A stretch of DNA of 64,000 nt from Eledone cirrhosa (GCA_964016885.1 OZ024756.1:930001-994000); one strand, 5' to 3'. Shown: positions 27,241-41,562, counted from the first letter of the stretch. Notes: generated by a model from the sequence alone, not told the origin. Numbers and translations are program-made.

Positions 27241-27689
27241 TATATATATAACTCTCTGTATCTTTCTCTCTCTGTATATATATATATATCCAAGAATGGT
27301 AGTCTCTGTGAGTTTAACAATATATATCATAGAGAAGGGCGGTGTCGCTAAATGTCACTTGCTGTAAACTGAAGAGGTCGTGTATTTTCTCCTCAACGAA
27401 AAACAACAGCAAATGATTGCGGATGTCAGCAAAGAATTAGAATTATTTTTAATGTACCAAACTATCGTTGCTTCTTGGAACTGTGAGTTAAAACCCCTCA
27501 CTTGTCATATTTCACACTCCTAGAACAACCGCCCACCACATGTCTCTATTATTACCACCACACGAAGCCATCACATGTCCATTATTGATCTACTATAGGC
27601 ACAAGGCCATCAATATTGGGGCATGGGGAAGTCGATTAAATCGACCCCAGTCCATTACTGGTACTTTATTTTATCGACTGTACAAGGAT

Positions 27690-27975
27690 GTCTATTATTA
27701 CCACCACACGAGGCCACCACATGAGGCCACCACATGTGTCTATCATTACCACCACATGAGGCCACCACATGAGGCCACCACATGTCTATTATTATCACCA
27801 CATGAAGCCACTACACGAAGCCACCACATGTGTCTATCATTGCCACCACACGAGGCCACTACATGAGGCCACCACATGTGTCTATCATTACCACCACATG
27901 AGGCCACCACATGTTTATTATTACCACCACACGAGGCCACCGCATGTGTCTATCATTGCCACCACACGAGGCCAA
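27690..27975. repeat. Diverged minisatellite (GAGGCCACCACATGTGTCTATCATTACCACCACA)
   Basis: Direct inspection. Confidence 0.85.
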
Positions 27976-28143
27976 ATAGTCAGTAAAACGGGAGTGAACC
28001 AGCAGTAGTGTAGCTAAAGGCGGGAATCACGACATGAATTATGTGTGTAATTGGTGTTATAGGATTGATGACAACACTGAGGCCATGGAGACTGTTTTGC
28101 AGATTACATTCAATACTTTTAAATTAATATTTTTTACAATCTT

Positions 28144-28238
<95 letters not shown>

Positions 28239-28344
28239 CTGACTATAAAGGAGCGATGGAATCTTGCATGCATTAATTTCATCACCATCTTGTGTGTTGT
28301 GTGTTGTGTGTTGTGTGTAAATACACAACACACAATACACAAGA

Positions 28345-28595
28345 TGGTGTTGGCTAGAACAAAGGATTGACACAAAATAAAAACCTAGTCACCGAGGAGG
28401 TCACAGAATGTGTGACGAAAGAGCTTTGATAATATATAAACAACCACCCGGTTATCGAACTAACTGGAAATTTATAATAGATTGAAGAGGTGCGTGTGAT
28501 TTTATTGGCAGCATGACCCTCCCAAAGTATAACAATATCTGTTTCAACACACGTTTTCAGATAAGAAATCTTACAAAACAAATTCAAAAACGAAA
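28345..28595 (+). mobile_element. Solo Penelope-like pLTR relic with variant hammerhead and ORF start
   Basis: TAGTCA CCGAGGA GGTCAC-loop-GTGAC GAAA GAGC TT TGATAA at 28386-28432. MTLPKYNNICFNTRF at 28513 matches the N-terminus of the PLE ORF at 51872. Confidence 0.78.
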
Positions 28596-28597
28596 TA

Positions 28598-28633
<36 letters not shown>

Positions 28634-28669
28634 TGTATGTATGTATGTATGTATGTATGTATGTATGTA

Positions 28670-28736
<67 letters not shown>

Positions 28737-28960
28737 GTGTGTGTGTGTCTGTGTGTGTGTGTGTGTGTGTTCCGAAGTGATTGTTTTGGTAAAAACAGGA
28801 GCAAACAGGAGAAAGCTCTCAACATTCGTAGTTTGTAGTTACGGTGGAGATTCAGTATAATAATATATATAATATATATATACTGTATATATATATATAC
28901 TGTATATATATATATTCAAAATGTTAACAAATAAAAATATTCGCATAATCAAAATATATA

Positions 28961-29019
28961 CTTTATTATATATATGTCAAAGGTACTATGTTGTTTCAGT
29001 ACGTCCTCATCAGACAAAA
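28961..29019 (-). ncRNA. Decayed hammerhead (GACA in place of GAAA)
   Basis: TTTTGT CTGATGA GGACGTAC...GTACCTTT GACA TATATA TA ATAAAA, homologous to 42030-42091. Confidence 0.55.
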
Positions 29020-29690
29020 TATATGATTTGATATATGACATACCGCTACGATCTTGATTATTCAATTCCAGTATTGGCATTGAATAATATTAAAAACTCC
29101 AGGAAAACTTTTCGTTGAGTGCTTCTAATCTATTGTAAAATTGTATTCGTTGAGTAATCAACGAAACATACTAATCTTTGGTTATATATATATATATATA
29201 TATATATATAAGAAATATAAATCTGAGATTTTCGAATATCAATAATAATATTCGATTCGTTTGCAATTATACAAACAGCCATGTCAGTAGAATGACGTCG
29301 TCATTCTTGCTTTTGTGTTGGCATGGAAACAGAACGGAAAACACTAATCAGAAACCCTTCATCAGTACAGTTCACTGTTCACCTGCTAACTGTCAGAGCT
29401 AGTGAAAATATATATCTTCTGGAATATACAGTGACTGATCGGCCTGATTTACATATTAGCAGACTGCTGATCAGTCAGATCTGCATATTAGCAGCAGATC
29501 CACTGATCAGCCAGATTTGCATATCAGCAGACTGACCAGTCAGTTTTATGTATACGAACGATTAATGACTGGTACATGGCTTCAGAGGCTGTTTGCATAA
29601 ATTAAAACGAATCGAATATTATTATTAATATTCGAAAAATTCAGATTTACATTTTTTGTATTCAGCCATGTAGAGCGATAAAACTATTTG

Positions 29691-29750
<60 letters not shown>

Positions 29751-29807
29751 CTTGAACCGTTAAGGTCTCATTCCTGGATATGTCAATATTTATAAAACAA
29801 ATCTGTA

Positions 29808-29862
29808 TTTTATCTGATGAGTGCGTACCAAAGTTTTGGTACCCTTGAAATATATAATAGAA
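29808..29862 (+). ncRNA. Minimal type I hammerhead ribozyme
   Basis: TTTTAT CTGATGA GTGCGTACCAAAGTTTTGGTACCCTT GAAA TATA TA ATAGAA. Confidence 0.7.
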
Positions 29863-29901
29863 TAAATATGGTTTTATAAATATAGTTTCCATTTATTAAT
29901 A

Positions 29902-29973
<72 letters not shown>

Positions 29974-30046
29974 CGAAGGAAATGTGGTAAGGAACCAGGT
30001 GGACCATAACACACCAAAGTACTCAAACATGTGTGTGTATGTGTGT

Positions 30047-30082
<36 letters not shown>

Positions 30083-30099
30083 TGAGATAACAGATTAAA

Positions 30100-30148
30100 G
30101 TTTAAGCAAAGAATCGCTGCTTTCACCCTTAACGGGATCTTCTGAAAC
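30100..30148 (-). ncRNA. Hammerhead-like motif with CAGAAGA core, inside palindrome 30087-30205
   Basis: Minus strand reads GTTT CAGAAGA TCCC GTTAA GGGT GAAA GCA-loop-TGC TT AAAC. Confidence 0.55.
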
Positions 30149-30368
30149 AGAAGATCCCGTTAAGGGTGAAAGCAGCGATTCTTTGCTTAAACTTTAATCT
30201 GTTATTTTAATAAATATTTGCTCTACGGTTCTTATATATTTGATATATATTTATCCTTATCGAGCCCTCTTTGGATTTTAGTCTTCAAATTTATTATTAT
30301 TACTATGTATATATATATATTCCAATTTCACCCTGCGCGTCCCTTCAATCGTTCAAATTTCTTATTCT

Positions 30369-30405
30369 TTCTTCTGATGAAGGACTAGCGTCCGAAACGT
30401 TAAGA
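30369..30405 (+). ncRNA. Minimal type I hammerhead ribozyme
   Basis: TCTT CTGATGA AGGAC TAGC GTCC GAAA CG TT AAGA. Confidence 0.8.
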
Positions 30406-30470
30406 CCCCCTTCCTGCTATTTCAACCGTTAACCTATACCGATTGTCTTGTTATTACTGTTTACCTTTTA

Positions 30471-30577
<107 letters not shown>

Positions 30578-31099
30578 GCGAACGCACGCACACACGCACG
30601 CACGCACGCACACACACATGTAAGTGCGTGTGTGTGTGTATGTCTGTTTGTCTCTGTGTGCGTTTGTATGAGTGTCATTGTGTGTGTGTCCTTGAGCAGG
30701 ACGCTAGCAAGATGAGTGGTATCTGTAAATAAATGTATCAGCCTCGTCACACACCGCCGTGCTGAATCTCCCTGAGAATTACATCTATGGAATGCTCAGC
30801 CACTTCCATTGCAATGTCATGAGCTGTTCGGTTGATTAAACAACTGGAAAATTTATCGTCGGAACCAATGTAGGTACAATATATGACCCCCCTCTCCCTA
30901 CATGACCCCCCCCCCCTCCATCAACACCCCCTCTCGCTCCCCCCCCACTTCTCCCCCTCTCCCCCCATCACCACCCACTTCTCCCCCCTCTCCCCCTCTC
31001 GCTCCACCCCCACCACCTCCCTGTTGGTGTAGTTTGAAATACTTTGATCTTAAGTGTGACTAATCAGGGTTGGTCGGATACTAAATAAACACAAGACAA

Positions 31100-31865
31100 G
31101 CTACTGTAAGTTGTTATAGTAGTAGTAGACACCACTACCACCATACCACTACTACCACTACTACCACTACTACCACTACAACCACTAACACCACTAACAC
31201 CACCACTACTACTACTACAACCACCATCACTACAGTAGCAGTTGCTATAGTAGTAGTAGACACTGGAGACATAACTAACATCACTACTACTACCACCATA
31301 TTCCACCACCACCACCACTACTACCACTACCACTTCACTACCACCCACCACTACTACCACCGAACCACCACCACCAATAGCTCTACCTGCACCACCACCA
31401 CCAATAGCTCCACCTCCCCCACCACGACCACTAGTCCCTCTACCAGCACAACCACCACCACCACTACTATCACCACTACCATTACCACCACCACTACCAC
31501 CACCATAACCATGACGACGACGACGACCACCACCACCACCACCACCACTATGACCACAACGTCCACGACGACGACGACGACCACCACCACCACCACTGCC
31601 ACCACCACCATCACTACAACCACCACTACAACTACCACCACCACCACCACCACCACCACCACCACTACAACCACCAACACCACCACTACAACCACCAACA
31701 CCACCACTACAACCACCAACACCACCACCACCATTACAACCACCACCACTACAACCACCAACACCACCACCACTACTACCACCAACACCACCACCACTAT
31801 TACAACCACCACCACTACAACCACCAACACCACCACTACAACCACCAACACCACCACCACCATCA
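31100..31865. repeat. (ACC/ACT/ACA)n triplet microsatellite
   Basis: Direct inspection. Confidence 0.9.
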
Positions 31866-32501
31866 GACCACACACGTCGCCATGGCGAAGACATCATTAC
31901 AAGCTTCGTTTCTTTCACTGCTTGACTCTTAACACACACATATATATACACACACACACACACACACATACACACACATATGCACACACACACTTTCTAT
32001 TTTTTAACACATAAATAATGACACAATTGTACATACACATACACATACATATACTTATACACACACTCATATACATACACATACACATACATATACACAC
32101 ACTCATATACGTACAATACTACACATTAATACACACATACATATTGAAAGACACACTCACTCACACACTCATGTACATTGACAAATGCACACAATTAGAC
32201 AACACATAAGATCGGTGTTTATTGGAGATAGTCCTGGGGTGCTTGGTGTGGTGTCGATTGGATCAACCGAGTGTATTACTGGTACCTATTTTATCGACTC
32301 CTGAGCGATGACAGTAAAGGTGGAGTTTATTGGGATTCTTCCCAAAACTGTTGGCCTGGCCTTGCGCCTTAATCAGAAGCTAGTAATAATAATAAAGATG
32401 ATGATAGTCGTCTAAAACATATGGTGTTATGAGGCTGTTAGCTTGCAAACGAAGTGAATATTAATAATATTATTATTAGATAGCATTATTTAAATATGAT
32501 A

Positions 32502-32612
32502 TTCAAATCCCGCCGAGGTTAACTTTGCCTTTCATCCCTACGGAGTCGATAAAATAAAGTACCAGTAATGTACTGGGTAATTGCTGGCCTTGTGCCAAAA
32601 GTAGAAACAATT
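32502..32612 (+). mobile_element. 5'-truncated SINE (Nin/Deu-like) with ~19-bp TSD
   Basis: Core sequence present. ATTATTTAAATATGATATT occurs at 32485-32503 and 32610-32628. Confidence 0.88.
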
Positions 32613-32689
32613 ATTTAAATATGATATTAAATAATATTTAATCGGCTTTTCAATGATATTTACCTTCCATTTAAATCTCAATTTAGACA

Positions 32690-33200
32690 TGTGTAGTTGT
32701 TATACACGAGTCCCAAGATAGACTTATAACCAAAGTTATTATACACGAGTCCCAAGATAGACTTATAACCACAGTTGTTATACACGAGTCCCAAGATAGA
32801 CATGAATTATAACCAATGTTGTTATACATGAGTTCCAAGATAGACTTATAACCAAAGTTGTTATACACGAATTCCATGATAAACTTATAACTAAAGTTGT
32901 TATACACGAGTTCCATGATATACTTATAACCAAAGTTGTTATACACGAGTTCCACGATAGACTTATAACCAAAGTAGTTATACATGAGTCCTAAGACAGA
33001 CATACAACCAAAGTAGTTATACACGAGTTCCATGATAGACTTATAATCAAATATATTATACATGAGTTCCAAGACAGCCAAAATCTGACTCATAACCAAA
33101 GTTGTTATACACGAGTCCCAAGACAGCCACGATCTGATTCATAACTAAAGTCCCAAGATAGACATGGCTTATAACCAAAGTTATTATACACGAGTCTCAG
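32690..33200. repeat. 39-bp tandem repeat (about 13 copies)
   Basis: TTATACACGAGTYCCAAGATAGACTTATAACCAAAGTTG. Confidence 0.92.
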
Positions 33201-34069
33201 CAAAACCTAGCAAGGTTACCCGCCTTTGAGATCCACATGACTTCAACATTGTTGTGTATCTCGTACTTATGAAGTTCGACGAGAACTGTCGTTGTTCTTT
33301 ACATATCAAAACCTTCTAGAAAAGTAGCCGGCCTCTCATCTCTTGTTTTGTAGTTTTCTTACCAGACTTCAACATTGCTCTGTCAATAACCTGGGACTTC
33401 TCTATTTCATATTCTGTCAACTAACTTATGTCTTAGAATTTCAGTTTCACCCTCTTTTCTATTGGTCCTTTCTTATTGTCCCTTCCAAACATGGCCTCCC
33501 AGAGAAATGCTGCAAGGTAACACAAAATACTTGTCGTGACACCAGGTGTGAGGAAGCTTCTTCTTCTTCTTCTTCTTCTTCTTCTTCTTCTTCTTCTTCT
33601 TCTTCTTCTTCTTCTTCTTCTTCTTCTTCTTCTTCTTCTTCTTCTTCTTCTTCCTGAGATGGTCGTGGGGGTGAGAGTAAGTCCTTGAGGTGTGGGAGGA
33701 AACTTATTTCAAAACCAATGATGGTTGAGGGTATGATATTTTAGTGGACTGGAAGGTCTCTAGATATCCATACGTTCTTCCATGACTCTCCGGGCCACGA
33801 ACAGATGTATCAGCTTCCAATAACACAACTTATTCTTTTTATGGATTTCACATTAAAATTCACGTTAACGTCTCGTTCAGAAGAGTTATCTACACCTCAA
33901 ACTAGACTGACAATAATAGTTTCTATCCAAAGATGGAGCCTATACGTGGTCTCTTGATCTGCTAGAAATTATAAGCAAATTGCCCTCGAAGTTCAACTGG
34001 AGCTAAACAACAACAGCAGCAACATGTCCTCCTGATGTAGGGTGCTCCATCACTATCAATATAACTGCC

Positions 34070-34928
34070 ACCTACCATCACCACCACTACCATCACCACC
34101 ACCACCACCACTACCACTACACCAGCACCACCACCACTACACCACCACCACCACCAGCACCAGCACCAGCACCAGCACCAGCACCACTACACCTCCACCA
34201 GCACCCGCACCACCACACCACCACCACCACCACCACCACCACTACACCACCACCAACACCACCACCAACAACACCACCACCACCACTACCACCTCACCAC
34301 CACCACCACCACACCACCACTACCACCACTCCACCACCACCACCACCACCACACCACCACCACCACCACTACACCACCACCACCACCACCACCACCACCA
34401 CCACCTCACCACCACCACCACCACCACCACCACCACCACCTCACCACCACCACCAACACCACCACCAACAACACCACCACCACCACTACCACCTCACCAC
34501 CACCACCACCACCACCACCACCTCACCACCACCACCAACACCACCACCAACAACACCACCACCACCACTACCACCTCACCACCACCACCACCACCACCAC
34601 CACCACCACACCACCACCACCACCACACCACCACCACCACCACCACCACCACCACCACCATCACCACCACCACCACACCACACCACACCACCACACCACA
34701 CCACCACCACCACCACCACCACCACCACCACCACCACCACCACCACCACCACCACACCACACCACCACCACCACCACACCACCACCACCACCACCACCAC
34801 CACCACCACCACCACCACCACCACCACCACCACCACACCACCACCACCACCACCACACCACCACCACCACCACCACCACCACACCACCACCACCACCACC
34901 ACACCACCACCACCACCACCACCACTAC
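34070..34928. repeat. (CAC)n microsatellite
   Basis: Direct inspection. Confidence 0.95.
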
Positions 34929-35400
34929 ACTCTCTCCTTGCTGTATTATTTTGTCTGTGACAAATGTTTGATAAACAATTCTGCGACAGAATTTAATTAT
35001 TTTCCTTCTTGAAGTTCCACAACCAACTGGAGTGGTCCCTAAAGTAGCAGGGAGTATGTTAGTGTACACACACACAGACACACACACACACACACCGCAC
35101 ACAGACACACACACACACTAAACACATCATACACACACACACACACACGCACGCACACATGTATATGTATATACATCTTTATATACATATGTAAATATAT
35201 ATATGTAATATGTATATCTATAATATAAATATATATTATATATATAGTTACATGTATATACATAATTATATATGTATATTTATATGTATATATATTTATG
35301 CGTATATATACGTGTATATATATATATATATGTTTCTACCCCCCCCCCCACGCATATACGCATATGTATATATAAATATGTATATATAGATAGATACATA

Positions 35401-35460
<60 letters not shown>

Positions 35461-35515
35461 ATATATATATATATATATATAAACCATAAATCTGTCCTCA
35501 AGTACCGTCCGCACC

Positions 35516-35560
<45 letters not shown>

Positions 35561-35563
<3 letters not shown>

Positions 35564-35812
35564 GGTGCGGACGGTACTTGAGGACAGATTTATGGTTTAA
35601 AAAAGCGCTTATATAATAACAGGAAAAAACTGTATTCTTATAAAAATAACATAAACATAAAGCTAAATTTCAATTTAATAATTTTCTTCAATAAAACCAC
35701 CAAAAGCAACTGCCTCCACGTGTGGTTGAAATCGTTTACAAGATTGGATTAAGCGGTCCATGTTCATATCGGACTTGACTCGAATTATGGCGGCTTTCAA
35801 AGAATCTTTGGT
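35561..35812 (-). mobile_element. Tc1/mariner-superfamily transposon 3' end fragment
   Basis: Terminus TA|CAGGGTG. The minus strand encodes TKDSLKAAIIRVKSDMNMDRLIQSCKRFQPHVEAVAFGGFIEENY*, resembling Tc1/maT transposase C-termini. Confidence 0.7.
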
Positions 35813-35894
35813 GGACACTGGTTCAGAAATTTACGTCACTGCAGGGAAGACGCAATTTAAATAGTTTCGCTCCTGCCACACACACACACACACA

Positions 35895-35967
<73 letters not shown>

Positions 35968-36337
35968 GTATATATATGTATATATATATTATAGATAGAT
36001 ATGAATGTATGTATAGTATATTTAGCAATATACCGTATGTTTAATTAAAAACATTTAGAAGACCATACGCTATCGGTTTTAAAGTAGTGACTATGTCACT
36101 TACTTCTTTTCGGCGAAAGAAGGGAGAGAAGCTCACAGTCTGTTTCACGCTGGCTGGCATCAGAGCCATGTACTCCCTTGCTTTCACCGAAAATTATAGA
36201 AGCTGGATTCTTATAGAATTCCAGTAATAATCAGGAACTGATTATACAGAGTGATTGCTGGTCCAGCAAAAATTAGGTATTAGGATTGGTGCTCTGAAAT
36301 AGCGATGTATACATGTATGTATTATAGTATATTGGCA

Positions 36338-36516
36338 GTGGATTGGCAGTATCGGTAGAGGGTCGGACGTCATGCTTTCCAGCATAGTTACATCCCTTTA
36401 CGATCTGAGTTCAAATCCCGCTGAGGTTGACTTTGCCTTTCATCCTTACAAGGCCAGCAATTACCCAGTAATGCACTGGGTAATTGCTGACCTTGTGCCT
36501 AAAGTAGAAACAATTA
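36338..36516 (+). mobile_element. tRNA-derived SINE with internal inversion
   Basis: A/B boxes present. Part of the core is replaced by an inverted copy of the 3' region. Confidence 0.82.
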
Positions 36517-36518
36517 TA

Positions 36519-36558
<40 letters not shown>

Positions 36559-36599
36559 GCACACATATATATATATATATATATATACATATATATACT

Positions 36600-36965
36600 A
36601 ACTTTAATAAATTTGATAGTTTTCGGCCAGTATTGGCCCAGGCCATGTCTAACTTAATAACACCATTCGCCGAAATCTTTCAAATTAGGATTTGGACAAC
36701 ATGGCCCACTCAAGTAGAAAGTTATTGTTTACAGAGACATATCCGGGTGAAGGATGTATATCCAGGAATTCTTGAAGGAATTTCTTCAAATACTTCTTGA
36801 ACTTGATGGGGTCTGTTTCCGTTTTAATGTGTTTTGGTGTAATATTAAAGAGAGCGGGGCCAATTGAGGTGAAATAATTGTGCCGTATTGTTGTGATGAA
36901 TTGCGAGTGAGATTTTTGTCGTGGGTGGATAGTACGGGGCCCAAACCTTGGGTGTACCTTAAAAG
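36600..36965 (-). mobile_element. LINE 3' fragment (CR1/L2/Jockey group-like C-terminus)
   Basis: HNYFTSIGPALFNITPKHIK...FKKYLKKFLQEFLD.P. Confidence 0.65.
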
Positions 36966-37024
36966 TGATGCACACACACACATATATATAAATATATACA
37001 TATACAAATACACACACACACACA

Positions 37025-37107
<83 letters not shown>

Positions 37108-37283
37108 CTGTGTTTGTGTGTTGACATGGAGCAAGCCGTTACAGCTATATAGACATTATTTTATAAACTAACTTGTCTAATGATATACACTTGCACATAT
37201 GGTGTTTGTGTTATATATATATATATAATATATATGTATGTATATATAGATATATATATATATATATACATATTTATATGTAT

Positions 37284-37362
<79 letters not shown>

Positions 37363-37429
37363 TAAATATGTACATGTATATATATATACATATATATATA
37401 TATATACATGTATATATATATACATACAT

Positions 37430-37460
<31 letters not shown>

Positions 37461-37690
37461 GCCGATCCGTGTTATTCCTCACTACTATATATATATACAT
37501 ATATACATATATGTATATATATGTTTGTGTGTTTATATAATATACCACACATATTTGTGAGTGTATGTATATATAAATATATATACACATATATATACTC
37601 ATATATATATGTAGATATATATATCAATATATCAATTTAAGTATTGTATAATATACCACAGACACATGCATATATCTATCTATCTATCTA

Positions 37691-37736
<46 letters not shown>

Positions 37737-37795
37737 TATATATATGTATATATATATGTATATATATATAAATATATATATATATATCTATATAT

Positions 37796-37842
<47 letters not shown>

Positions 37843-37926
37843 TATATATATAAATACATACATATATATATATATGTATATATATATGTATATATATACA
37901 TATATATATATATGTATATATGTATG

Positions 37927-37973
<47 letters not shown>

Positions 37974-38014
37974 GTATATATATATGAATATATATATATA
38001 TGTATGTATGTATG

Positions 38015-38091
<77 letters not shown>

Positions 38092-38100
38092 GTGTGTGTG

Positions 38101-38151
<51 letters not shown>

Positions 38152-38507
38152 CAATTTAAGTATTTTATAAATGTTTAGGCTCAAATTGAAACATTTAATC
38201 AGATAAGATCAACGATTGGCGGATAGTGATGCTGAACAGGAAGTGACAGTGTTATACACCGGAAATGATTACGTTTGCACAAGTCGAAGTGACTGAGTGT
38301 CAGCTATAGAACACACACGATATTAGTGTGTAGTGCTATGTGTGATTCGTGTTAGCCCGTCGTTTTGTTTATATATATTTATAGACACACGCACATATAA
38401 ATACGTTTATATATGTATACACACACACACTTATACGTTTGTATACTCACACACACAAATATATATCACTCTTTCATTATTTCTCTCTACCTATCTATTA
38501 TATATAG

Positions 38508-38599
<92 letters not shown>

Positions 38600-39156
38600 G
38601 AGACGTATAGAGATTGTTTTAGCAAGAAGCTAACGGCATTCTATAACATATATGCGACTATAACGTCAAGATGGGAAAAGTAGTTAACGAAAGATTTAGG
38701 AAAAATAACTCAAACTCATCTCAAAAGAGAATCAGGATACAAATTCATCCACAGAATTTAATAAAATCCATGGAAAAATCTATAGACCTTTAACTCATGA
38801 TAAAACAAAGTCTGAAACACTTATCCTTCAATTTGGAATAACATCAAATGCTCTGTATAGTCTTAAAAGACTATTTCATGAAAACTTTCAGTGGAGATGG
38901 TCACGGTTGGAATATCATTCATCAGCAGAGCTCAACAGAAAACCAGGGCTCTCACAGTAATATAGTCCGAAAAAGGGAATTCTAAAACTGGCTAGTTCGC
39001 CTTCATGTGTATTTATGAAAAAGCACATGAGGAAAAAACGGGGCTAGTGACGTCAGGATGGAAGTGAATGTTTATTTACAAGAAATAGCAGTCAAATACA
39101 TTCTGAAAAAAACTCTACAAGGAGTTCAGCAAAATAGCAATAATTATCACAGTTTT

Positions 39157-39196
<40 letters not shown>

Positions 39197-39402
39197 TACA
39201 TACATACATTGACATATGTATATATACAATACATATATACATACATATACATGTATATACATACATATGTACATATATACATACATATATACATATATAT
39301 ATATTTATATATATAAATATATATAGTCGTAAGAAACTCTCAGGAGAGCTGGGCAACAGGTTTTTGCGGAAGAAACACCACCCAAACAAGTGTTTCGTAC
39401 CT

Positions 39403-39472
<70 letters not shown>

Positions 39473-39621
39473 CGTGTGTGTGTACGTATATATAAATATA
39501 CACACACTCACACACATACACACACACACACATATATATATATATATTTATATATATAAATATATGTATATATATATGTGTGTGTGTGTACGTGTATATA
39601 AATACATACACACACACACAC

Positions 39622-39678
<57 letters not shown>

Positions 39679-39731
39679 TATATACATATATACCACAGAC
39701 CAAGTTGACACCATCTATTTCACATATACGA

Positions 39732-39776
<45 letters not shown>

Positions 39777-40048
39777 TGAATCTTCGTATCTATGTATACA
39801 TACATAAATATAATGCATATATATAAACGCACAGACAGACTGACAAACAGGCAGACAGGCTGCCAAAGAGACAGACTGACACAAGAGTATATAAAATAAA
39901 TGACATTAGAGGTGTTAAACGATGTTTGTGATACGTCTTAGAATGACTGGTGACATGGCGAATGATAAGATCAGACGTCTTCTGGGAATTCCTGATAATT
40001 GATTGAGTAACATGAAGGGTATATCGGCTGATCTGGTTATATATTGGT

Positions 40049-40094
<46 letters not shown>

Positions 40095-40098
<4 letters not shown>

Positions 40099-40311
40099 CG
40101 AAGGAAATGTGGTAAGGAACCAGGTGGACCATAACGCACCAAAATAGTCAATACTTAGGGTAGTAGAGTGGGTAATAGGAACGAGTAGGACCCCGACGGC
40201 TGAGCTCAAGCCGTTTCGACGGCTAATTCATGTACCAGGATAAAAATGTTCATTTAGTCCAGAATTAGCCGTCGAAACGGCTTGAGCTCAGCCGTCGGGG
40301 TCCTACTCGTT

Positions 40312-40316
<5 letters not shown>
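40095..40316 (-). mobile_element. Short palindromic element with hammerhead 3' halves, in (TA)n
   Basis: Perfect inverted arms of about 55 bp at 40176-40229 and 40262-40315. The tail GAAGGAAATGTGGTAAGGAACCAGGTGGAC is shared with 29971 and 41522. Confidence 0.7.
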
Positions 40317-40369
<53 letters not shown>

Positions 40370-40471
40370 GGAAGTGTAAGGCGGAGTTACTGTAGGTTCA
40401 CCCGGGTGACCACTCGATGTTTAGGTTCATGTCAGTATCGAGGTGTTGAACTAGTCAGAGTGAAATATGAT

Positions 40472-40660
40472 AATTATTTCTACTTTTGGCGCAAGGCCAG
40501 CAATTACCCAGTGCATTACTGGTACTTTATTTTATCAACCCCGTAAGGATGAAAGGTAAAGTTAACCCCGGCGGGATTTTAACTCAGACTATAAAGGGCC
40601 GTAACTCTTTGCTGGAAAGCATGGCGTCCGACCCTCTACCGATATTGCCAATCTACCGCC
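40472..40660 (-). mobile_element. tRNA-derived SINE (Nin/Deu-like)
   Basis: Full reverse complement of the 8052-8240 type. Confidence 0.87.
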
Positions 40661-40816
40661 CTATAATATAATAATACAGGGACGATTGGTTACTCCTTCA
40701 TTTCGTTTATTGGTTGGCGACGCGCGTTTCGCTACTGATCAGCTCGAGGTTCGATCTGGCCCGACTCTGGAATCAAAAGCTCGTCGGACCTCTGTAGTAG
40801 TAATGACAGAATGAAT

Positions 40817-40845
<29 letters not shown>

Positions 40846-40847
<2 letters not shown>

Positions 40848-41133
40848 AAGTCTAAAGTCTGTCCTAAGCCAGAGGGCTCATTTGGCCGGTGCTTATCTCG
40901 GTTTCATGGCGTGAAGCAACTGAGAGTAGAAGACGCCCCCCTGCCCCTGGACAGGACGCCAGTCCACCGCAGGGTTAAACCCCCAGCTATTGCTGGTACT
41001 CATTTTCAACTGAGTATACTGGAGCAACGTGAAATGAATTGTTTTGCTCAAGAACACAACACGCAATCCAGGTATCGAACCCACGACATTATGATCGTAA
41101 TTCCAACACCCTTACCACTGGGCCACGTGCCTC

Positions 41134-41134
<1 letters not shown>
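40846..41134 (-). mobile_element. Second tRNA-derived SINE family (V/Meta-like central domain)
   Basis: Minus strand has TGGCCCAGTGG (A box), GGTTCGATACC (B box), GTGTTGTGTTCTTGAGCAA and GGACTGGCGTCCTGTCCAGGGG, then a short-repeat tail. Confidence 0.8.
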
Positions 41135-41169
<35 letters not shown>

Positions 41170-41368
41170 CATATATGTATATGTACATACATATATGTGT
41201 GTGTGTGCGTGTGCGTGTGTAACATCCGAACCGCGGTGCCAAGCGGTTTCGGCTTGTGTGTTTAGCAAGTGTTTCCGGGGGTGTGGACATATCTTTATAC
41301 CCACTCTACATCTCCCCACGGATCGAGTACTCGCATGATTTGTAGCCTCGTTTGTTCTCAGCACGGCA

Positions 41369-41448
<80 letters not shown>

Positions 41449-41459
41449 GTGTTTGTGTC

Positions 41460-41494
<35 letters not shown>

Positions 41495-41562
41495 TATATA
41501 TGTATATATATATATATATATATAACGAAGGAAATGTGGTAAGGAACCAGGTGGACGATAAC

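Noticed and set aside
31064-31993. Gly-rich ORF (MMSSPWRRVWSDGGGG...)
   Set aside because: It is explained by a triplet microsatellite that is open in several frames.
33221-33316. Possible 96-nt minus-strand exon (AG...GTAACC)
   Set aside because: Splice signals are weak and the peptide is not recognisable, so it cannot be supported from sequence alone.
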